This document shows positions 40,003 through 46,650 of a stretch of DNA of 46,650 nucleotides, piece after piece; within the stretch, counting starts at the first letter, position 1, and every line of letters begins with the position of its first letter. The position numbers and the translations under genes are program-made. The DNA comes from a virus (taxonomy: Duplodnaviria; Caudoviricetes). The stretch is from positions 1 to 46,650 of the IMG/VR virus record IMGVR_UViG_3300042814_000019, one strand, 5' to 3'. The notes below the pieces were generated by a model. That model was not told where the DNA came from, searched no databases, and saw nothing but the letters and a program-made list of their open reading frames with translations.

Positions 40003-43000
40003 ATGCCGCCGATTCTCCACACCTCGCGACTCGGGATCACGGAGCGGGTCGACGCGTCGTTTCCGTGCGACAGTACGACGCCGACGTCGTTCAATATCTA
40101 CTCCAACAACTTCGGACCGTTCGGCGTGGTCGTCGCCGCGGTCGTGTCCGCGGGCACGCCGCCGCCCGGGCTGGAACCGTTTTTCTGTCAGATCGCTACG
40201 CAGTCGCGCGCGTGGATGGTCGGCACGCCGACGACGATCGGCGTCTATACCTACACCGTCGATATCACCACGGCGGAAGCGACTCACGTGTTCGTCGACA
40301 TCGTCCAGACGATCGCGTTCGTCGGGCCTCCGGCGGGACCGGGCGGCGTCGGCTGTTCCCTGATCACCATCACGCCGACGTCGCCGCTCGATGACGTGTT
40401 CGTCGGCGAACCGATCTCGATCCCGCTCACCGCGAGCGACGGCGCCGCGCCGTACGTGTGGGATCTCCCCGACGGCGAGGAACTCCCCGACGGGATCACG
40501 CTCGACGGCGCCGGCGTGCTCGAGGGCGCCGCGACCGTCGCGGGCGTCTACACGTTCACGATCCGCGCGACGGACTCCGACGATTGTCCCGGCGTGATCT
40601 CGTACTCGCTCACGGTTGTCGAGCCTGACGCGATCATCGTGCATCCGGACGATCCGACGCTCCCGCCTGGCGTCCGCGGCGAGCGGTACGAGCAGACGTT
40701 CACGGCGACCGGCGGGATCGGCGAACCCTACGAATTCACGATCAGCGATGGCGAACTCCCGGCGGGCCTGGCGCTCGACGGCGACGGGTTCCTGGGCGGA
40801 TTGCTGGCCGTCGCCGGTTTGTTCGTGTTCACCGTGCGGGCGACCGACGGCGCCGACAATTTCGGCGAGCGCGAGTACACGCTGATCGTGAGCGGACTCC
40901 GGATCATGATCGCCGGCGAGGACGTGACGATCGAGGTGTCCGACGCGGATCTCGAGCTCGGTCTGAACCGCCAGGCAACCGGGAGCCTCCAGATCGGCGA
41001 CGGGTATATTCCCGCCAGGGCGGCCGACGTGCTCATCTACCGGCGCGACGGCGTAACGCCGATCTTCGGCGGCCTCGTGCTCGTGCGATCCATCGACGGA
41101 ATGACGCCGTCGAGTCCGGCGAACAAGGCGGCCCTCGATCTGGTCGACTACTCGGTTTTTTTCGAGGACGCGGATCCGATCTCCATCGTCACGACGGCGC
41201 CGCAATATCTCGAGGATCTGATCGCGGAGATCGTCGCTCAGGCGCTCGCCATCTACGGGATCACGTACGACGCGGCGCCGACAGGGCAGACGGTTCCCCC
41301 GATCGCCTGGGTCGCGATCACCGTTCCCGACGCGTTCAAGCGGATCAACGATGCTACCGGCGTCGTGATCACCGTCGATCCGATCAAGGGACTCAAGGTG
41401 TTCGTCCCGCTCGACTCGCCGGCACCCGCGACGATCACCGACGCGAACCTGAACTCGTTCGATCTCAAGTGGCGGGATCCGTCCGGCCTCCCGAAGAACA
41501 CCGTAGATCTCACGTGCGGCCCGACGGGGAACGGGATCGCGACGCAGCAATGGGAATCCGACGGGTACGAAAGCTCCTGGGAGGTCGATATCCAGGCCGT
41601 GATCGGCGATGCGTTCCCCGCCAGGCGGGCGAACGCGTATCTCTCGCCGGTCGATGCGACCAATTTCAGCGACGGCGACACCATCGGCGCCGGCGCCTCG
41701 ACGTACACGTTCCGGACGGCGCTCGTCGGCGACGTCGCCGGCGAGGTGCTCATCGGCGCGACGGTCATCGACTCAATCGGAAACCTGAACGCGGCGATCA
41801 ACCTGGCGGGCGGCGGGAACTACGCGCCATCGACCGCGGCGAACGCCGATGTTTCGAGTTTCCTCCGGTACCCGGATCAACTCACGGTCGAGGCGCTCGT
41901 CGCCGGCGCCGCGGGCAACGCGATCACTGTCACGAGCTCGCACGAGGCGATCGCGTTCTGGTACGGCGAGGGCGGGATCCCGCGCGGAACGCTGCAACTC
42001 GGATCCGACGCGACGGGCGCCGCCGGATGGACGCAAGGCTACATCCTCGAGAACGGCACCGTCGCGAGGTCGCTCGGCCCTCCTGGGGATCCGACCGCGT
42101 TCTATTTTTGGGACGTCACCGACGGGCGCGGGACCGTCTCGCTCGGCAACGGCACGCAACCGCCGCAGTACACGACGCTCGAGCTCAAGTACCTCGCCGT
42201 GTTCCCGTTCCACGCCAGGGTACCGGCGAGCCTCCCGCCTGGCACGGCGCCGCGGACGTTCCGCGAGGATCACCCGGAGATCATCGAATACGCCGCGGGG
42301 ATCGCGCTCGCGACTCAGATCCTCATCCGCGAAAGCTCCGACCGGCGCGAGCTCGAGGTGTTCACCGACGTCGAGGGGTTCCTCCCCGGCCAGGCGCTCG
42401 AGGTCGATACGACGTACCGCGGCGGGATCGATGCGACGTTCCTCGTCGCGACCGTGCGGATCAAACTCGTGAACGCCGAACTGTGGGAGTACTCGGCGAC
42501 GTGTCAGCAGACCGACGAATACGCCGGCTCGTACGTCGATCAGTGGAAGGCGCTCACCTCCGGCGGCGGCGGCGGCGCCGCGGCGCAACCGGGCACGCTC
42601 GACACCGGAGGCGCGACGATCTCGGGCGACATCTACAGCGACGGCCGTCAGTCGTTCCGCGCCGATCAGTCGATGGGCGGGCACAAGCTCCGATTCGTCG
42701 ATGATCCCACGGAGGATCAGGACGCGGCGACGAAGGCGTACGTCGATACCGTTCCGGGCGTCATCCGCGCCGACGGCTCAGTCGATTTCACGGCGCCGCA
42801 ATCCATGGGCGGGAACGCGCTCACCGACGTCGAGGATCCGACGAGCGCCCAGGACGCCGCGACGAAAGCGTACGTCGATGCGAGCGCCGGCGGGAGCGCG
42901 GGCGATCGCGGGTTCTTCGGCGTCGGCGGCGGCGCCGCGATCCTCGCCGCGGGGCCGATGCTTGTGAAACCGTCGGGAACGACGCTCACGTTCATCGTCG

Positions 43001-44028
43001 GGATCGGCGCCATCGGCACGGGCGATGCGCTCGTGCTCGCGAACGTGCAACTTACCGATCTCACCCTCGACGACGCGCGCGCCGTGATCAATCGCTCGCT
43101 CGTCTCGTTCGGAGGACAACACCTGTTCGGCCTCGTTCACATCACGGGACTGATCACCGGCAAGGAATACGTCGCAACGCTCCAGTACGCCGCCAGGGTC
43201 AACGCCGCGGCGTTCGGCGGAGGCCCGGGCCCAGGCCAGCCTTTCCTCGTGTGTCTCGACATGGTTACGGCCGCTTTCGCCGCGTCGCTCGAGACGGCGG
43301 AGGCGTCGAGCTCCGGGTCCATGGCTGATCTCGCGACCGCGGGACCGTCCGTGAACCCGACACTCGCGAGCGATGCCGTCGTCGCCGTGATCGCGGGCGA
43401 TTCGGAAAACCGCGTTCAGACCGGAACCTCCTCGCTCGGCATCCTCGTATCGGGCGCGAACACGCTCGCGGCCGTCTCGTTCGTCAACCAATCGACGAGC
43501 GGCGCGCAGAACATCGCGCTCCAGGGCGGGCTCATGCTGTCCCGCCTGGCGTCGGGCGCGACGACGTTCAAGCTCCAGTACGCGAGCGACGGCGGGAGCA
43601 ACACGCGGTACGCCCGATGGATCGCCGTGCTCCTGGGGATCTTCGGCGACACGCCGATCACGTTCGGGATCTCTCAGGTGCTCACCGCAGAGACGCGCGC
43701 GAGCTCGGCGTACGGCGCGCTCACGACCGCCGACTCCGTCACGCTCACGACGGGTACATCCGTGCTCGTACTGTTCTCCGTGAACACGGCCGGCTCCGGC
43801 GTGATCGACGTGTCGGTCGCCGTCGACGTGTCGGGCGCGACAACGATCGCCGCGGCGGATGGCGTCAACAATGCGAAGGCGATCACGGCCACCTCGACGT
43901 ACCACGTCGGCCGCGGCGTCGTGATGACGGTCAACGCGGGATCGAATACGTTCGCGCTCCGCTACAAAGCGAGCACCGGGACGGGCACGTTCTCCGGGCG
44001 CGTGCTCGCCGTGATCCGCCTGAACTGA
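40003..44028 (+). CDS. Giant tail-tip/adhesion protein with N-terminal Ig-like repeats and fibre repeats
   Basis: Repeated 'ELP.G..LDG.G.L.G...VAG...FT.RATD' (putative Ig); two 'QSMGG..L..V.DPT..QDAATKAYVD' repeats; Ser/Thr/Ala-rich beta C-terminus. Confidence 0.8.
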   Translation: MPPILHTSRLGITERVDASFPCDSTTPTSFNIYSNNFGPFGVVVAAVVSAGTPPPGLEPFFCQIATQSRAWMVGTPTTIGVYTYTVDITTAEATHVFVDIVQTIAFVGPPAGPGGVGCSLITITPTSPLDDVFVGEPISIPLTASDGAAPYVWDLPDGEELPDGITLDGAGVLEGAATVAGVYTFTIRATDSDDCPGVISYSLTVVEPDAIIVHPDDPTLPPGVRGERYEQTFTATGGIGEPYEFTISDGELPAGLALDGDGFLGGLLAVAGLFVFTVRATDGADNFGEREYTLIVSGLRIMIAGEDVTIEVSDADLELGLNRQATGSLQIGDGYIPARAADVLIYRRDGVTPIFGGLVLVRSIDGMTPSSPANKAALDLVDYSVFFEDADPISIVTTAPQYLEDLIAEIVAQALAIYGITYDAAPTGQTVPPIAWVAITVPDAFKRINDATGVVITVDPIKGLKVFVPLDSPAPATITDANLNSFDLKWRDPSGLPKNTVDLTCGPTGNGIATQQWESDGYESSWEVDIQAVIGDAFPARRANAYLSPVDATNFSDGDTIGAGASTYTFRTALVGDVAGEVLIGATVIDSIGNLNAAINLAGGGNYAPSTAANADVSSFLRYPDQLTVEALVAGAAGNAITVTSSHEAIAFWYGEGGIPRGTLQLGSDATGAAGWTQGYILENGTVARSLGPPGDPTAFYFWDVTDGRGTVSLGNGTQPPQYTTLELKYLAVFPFHARVPASLPPGTAPRTFREDHPEIIEYAAGIALATQILIRESSDRRELEVFTDVEGFLPGQALEVDTTYRGGIDATFLVATVRIKLVNAELWEYSATCQQTDEYAGSYVDQWKALTSGGGGGAAAQPGTLDTGGATISGDIYSDGRQSFRADQSMGGHKLRFVDDPTEDQDAATKAYVDTVPGVIRADGSVDFTAPQSMGGNALTDVEDPTSAQDAATKAYVDASAGGSAGDRGFFGVGGGAAILAAGPMLVKPSGTTLTFIVGIGAIGTGDALVLANVQLTDLTLDDARAVINRSLVSFGGQHLFGLVHITGLITGKEYVATLQYAARVNAAAFGGGPGPGQPFLVCLDMVTAAFAASLETAEASSSGSMADLATAGPSVNPTLASDAVVAVIAGDSENRVQTGTSSLGILVSGANTLAAVSFVNQSTSGAQNIALQGGLMLSRLASGATTFKLQYASDGGSNTRYARWIAVLLGIFGDTPITFGISQVLTAETRASSAYGALTTADSVTLTTGTSVLVLFSVNTAGSGVIDVSVAVDVSGATTIAAADGVNNAKAITATSTYHVGRGVVMTVNAGSNTFALRYKASTGTGTFSGRVLAVIRLN

Positions 44029-44034
44029 CGCCGC

Positions 44035-44040
44035 TATAAT
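44035..44040 (+). promoter_or_regulatory. Perfect -10 (TATAAT) before the lysis genes
   Basis: Consensus hexamer in a short intergenic gap of a GC-rich genome; no -35. Confidence 0.5.
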
Positions 44041-44056
44041 CACGCGAGGGATCTGA

Positions 44057-44398
44057 ATGGGAATCGACGAGGCAGCGAAGATCGCGAACACTCTCGGCGG
44101 CGTCAGTTTCGCGACGCTCCTCGTGATCGTGCTCATCGGGAACAAGATCCGGATCTGGCGATGGGGTCAGGATTTCGTCGAGCAGGAGGCGCGACACGTC
44201 GCCGCCCTGGCCGACTGTACCGAACGCGCCGCCGCCGAACACGCGATCCTGAGCGAGCAGATCGTTTTCTGGCGCCAGGTCGCGCTCCGGAATACCGGCA
44301 TCCTCGAAACTCAGACGGAGCAACTGATGACCGTCGCGACGCAGGTCGGCGCCGTCAATCGGAAGCTCCTCGCCGGCGGGAACTCCGGCCGCCCGTGA
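44057..44398 (+). CDS. Membrane protein, holin-like
   Basis: One TM segment (VSFATLLVIVLIG) followed by coiled coil; upstream of endolysin. Confidence 0.55.
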   Translation: MGIDEAAKIANTLGGVSFATLLVIVLIGNKIRIWRWGQDFVEQEARHVAALADCTERAAAEHAILSEQIVFWRQVALRNTGILETQTEQLMTVATQVGAVNRKLLAGGNSGRP

Positions 44399-44649
44399 GC
44401 GCCCTCCTCCGACTCCTCCCCGGGTTCGCGTACTACATCGAAGGCATTCCGCCGGAGAAGTGGGACGTCGGACACCCGCGTTTCGGCAAGCCTCGAGCGA
44501 TTGCCGGCCGGTACCTCGGCGCCGTTCAGGGGCGCCGCGAGTGGCATGTTTTCGAGATCTGGATCAACGATCGCGAGGAGGGCGCGATCATCCTAAACCG
44601 AACAGATCTCGAGTCGCTCACAGTGCAAAGATTGGTCGACGATCTATGA
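44395..44649 (+). CDS. Hypothetical protein
   Basis: GTGA/ATGA coupling. Confidence 0.55.
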   Translation: MSALLRLLPGFAYYIEGIPPEKWDVGHPRFGKPRAIAGRYLGAVQGRREWHVFEIWINDREEGAIILNRTDLESLTVQRLVDDL

Positions 44650-44849
44650 AATTCCTCCGCTGGATCTTCACGAGGTGTCCAATGCTCCCGAACACGAACG
44701 GCCACGGCGACCGGCGCAAAGTCTCCCCGGAGGGCCGCGAGCGATACGAGGAATTCACCCGGGAACGCGCCGACGTCGAGGAGCGGCTCCGGCTCGTCGA
44801 CGTTCAGGCCAAAGTGATCGAGCACGTCACGAACCCGGCCAGGCAGTAG
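44646..44849 (+). CDS. Hypothetical protein
   Basis: ATGA coupling; C-terminal coiled coil. Confidence 0.55.
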   Translation: MKFLRWIFTRCPMLPNTNGHGDRRKVSPEGRERYEEFTRERADVEERLRLVDVQAKVIEHVTNPARQ

Positions 44850-44859
44850 GATCAACGCC

Positions 44860-45432
44860 ATGAGGTACAGCGAGGAGATCACCGCGGCCGCCAGGATCCA
44901 CGGCGGGATCGATCCGCCGCTCGTCGAGGCGATCATCGGTCAGGAGTCCGACGGCGAGACGGACGCGTTCAACCCGGAACCGAAGTACCGCTATTTCTGG
45001 AACGTGCGAACGGGCGCACCGTTCCGCGCCGTGTCCGACGTCGAGGTCGCCGCCAAGTTTCCCCCGAAGGATTTCCCGACGCTCGCCGGCGATCCCGATC
45101 AGGAATGGTGGAGTCAGCAAGCCTCATGGGGCCTGATGCAACTCATGGGCGCCGTCGCGCGCGAGCACGGGTTCCGCGGGAAGTACCTCACCCGGCTCTG
45201 TTCCGATCCCGCCCTGAATATCGATCTCGGCTGTCAGCACCTCGCGGGGCACCTGGCGTGGGCCTCCCGGCTTTACGTCGGCCTCGAGGCGGGTCGCGCC
45301 GCCGCCGTGACGCGGAGCGCCCTCGCCGCCTACAATGGCGGCCGCGGGGGGAACGCGCCGACGGGTCCGATCCGCAATCGCGAGTACGCCGACGAGGTGC
45401 TCGCCCGGTACCGTAAAATCCGCGGCTCGTAA
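44860..45432 (+). CDS. Lytic transglycosylase (SLT) endolysin
   Basis: AIIGQES (catalytic Glu), SWGLMQLM, ALAAYNGG. Confidence 0.92.
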   Translation: MRYSEEITAAARIHGGIDPPLVEAIIGQESDGETDAFNPEPKYRYFWNVRTGAPFRAVSDVEVAAKFPPKDFPTLAGDPDQEWWSQQASWGLMQLMGAVAREHGFRGKYLTRLCSDPALNIDLGCQHLAGHLAWASRLYVGLEAGRAAAVTRSALAAYNGGRGGNAPTGPIRNREYADEVLARYRKIRGS

Positions 45433-45448
45433 ATCAGAAGGGGGCCAC

Positions 45449-46650
45449 GTGCCAAAGCTACATCCGATCACCGGCCTCGCGGCGTGCGGGACGGCCGGCG
45501 GCCGCGTCTCGTACGGCTCGAGGAGCGGCGAGCAATTCGTTCTGTGCGACGGCGGTTGTACGTTCTGGCTGAACGCCGACGAGATCGCGTTCCTGGGACC
45601 GCTGAGCGGCTCCTGGGAGGGCACGCCAGCAGGGACGGCGCCGCAGGCCGTGAACATCCACACGGGCGCCAGGCGACCGCTCGAGGCGGTTCCGGCGGGC
45701 GTCCCGCTCCGCGAGGCGTCGTTCCTGGCGGCGACTCCGGCGGGACGATGGCAAGCGGCGATCGCGGGCGCCGGCGCCTCGTTCGGATCGTGCGGGGAAT
45801 TCCCAGGCGGAACCGTCGGGCGCGCCATGACGGACGGACGCGGCGCCGCGGCGCACGACGGCGCGATCGTGCTCGTCGACGTGTATCAGGGCGGCGGGCA
45901 GGGGTTCCGGATCTCGCGGCCCGACGGCGTGATCGTCCCGACGTTCAACCCGCCGGAGGATCGGGAACCCGCGATCGCGGCCGGCTCCGATCCGTATCAC
46001 CTCGAGCTCGTCGACCAGGGACGCGCGATCTGGCCCGCCGCGGGCGCCTGGGGCGTTCACGGCATCACGCCGGCGCCGCTATGGATCCCCGGCTCGCTCC
46101 GCGCGTGCTACGTCGAGATCGGCGGCGTGGCGTATCTCGTTCATTGGCTCGAGGGCGTCGGGACCGTCGCCAGGCGCGCCGACTCCGATCAGGGGAAAGT
46201 ACTCTCGCGCGCCGGCGCGGAATTCCACTACGACGCGATCGCGTGGAACGGCGGGATCCGGATCGCGTGGGCCAGGTTCGACGGCGAACCTCCCGGCTCG
46301 CTCGAAATCGTCGAGTGGGATCTCGTGAGCGGGATCGAAGATCTCACGCCGCCGGCGCCGATCAAATTCCCGACGTTCCGGTTCTCGCATCCGGTCAGCG
46401 TCTATCCGTTCAGGGCGGAGGGGAGCGGACGGCCCGACGTGTTCACCTTGGGCACGTACTCCGAAAGCCCGACGCCGACGTCGCCGCTCCCGAAGGGGCG
46501 GCTCCTCCTCGCGCACGACTCCGCGGCCGACTGGACGATCCCCGCGGGCGCGCTCCGCTCGTACGACGCCGTCGGATGGGAGCTCTATCGCGTCGAGGGC
46601 GAGACGCTCGAGCAATCGGGCGCCAGGTGGATCCGCCAGGCGCGCGCGAA
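45449..46650 (+). CDS. Allele B of ORF 207-2153 (partial; runs off the window end)
   Basis: Translated by hand from GTG 45449 (MPKLHPITG...); stays open and converges on FPTF.FSHPVSVYPF shared with allele A. Confidence 0.85.
   Translation, partial: MPKLHPITGLAACGTAGGRVSYGSRSGEQFVLCDGGCTFWLNADEIAFLGPLSGSWEGTPAGTAPQAVNIHTGARRPLEAVPAGVPLREASFLAATPAGRWQAAIAGAGASFGSCGEFPGGTVGRAMTDGRGAAAHDGAIVLVDVYQGGGQGFRISRPDGVIVPTFNPPEDREPAIAAGSDPYHLELVDQGRAIWPAAGAWGVHGITPAPLWIPGSLRACYVEIGGVAYLVHWLEGVGTVARRADSDQGKVLSRAGAEFHYDAIAWNGGIRIAWARFDGEPPGSLEIVEWDLVSGIEDLTPPAPIKFPTFRFSHPVSVYPFRAEGSGRPDVFTLGTYSESPTPTSPLPKGRLLLAHDSAADWTIPAGALRSYDAVGWELYRVEGETLEQSGARWIRQARA

Overview
Near-complete, apparently circular genome (about 45.3 kb, roughly 70% GC by eye) of a tailed siphovirus-type phage, with every credible gene on the + strand. 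Gene order: end of a lysis/accessory block (1-4.2 kb); early genes behind twin leaderless sigma70-type promoters plus an XRE HTH regulator; C5-cytosine and Dam-like methyltransferases; SSAP-like and Cas4-like recombination genes, DUF5131, a replication initiator and RusA; a lambda-like cos candidate at about 19.5 kb; TerS, TerL (gpA type) and gpW; a four-gene glycosyltransferase cassette inserted before the portal; a protease-capsid fusion; head-tail, tail tube, frameshifted chaperone, tape measure and one giant tail-tip gene; an SLT endolysin. The window ends overlap (1-182 matches 45251-45432; 1231-1357 is identical to the last 127 bp) and carry two divergent alleles of the same gene. No integrase, ParA/ParB, helicase, polymerase, reverse transcriptase, tRNA or CRISPR array was recognised. 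Most notable: (1) a candidate virion-glycosylation system including a GT2-methyltransferase-deacetylase triple fusion; (2) a perfect chromosomal-type parS palindrome, plus DnaA boxes, in a phage with no partition genes of its own; (3) a multi-TRD C5 methyltransferase with an overlapping alternate-frame gene; (4) an allele-swapped N-terminal domain beside the endolysin. All protein calls come from motif recognition by eye, with no database search.
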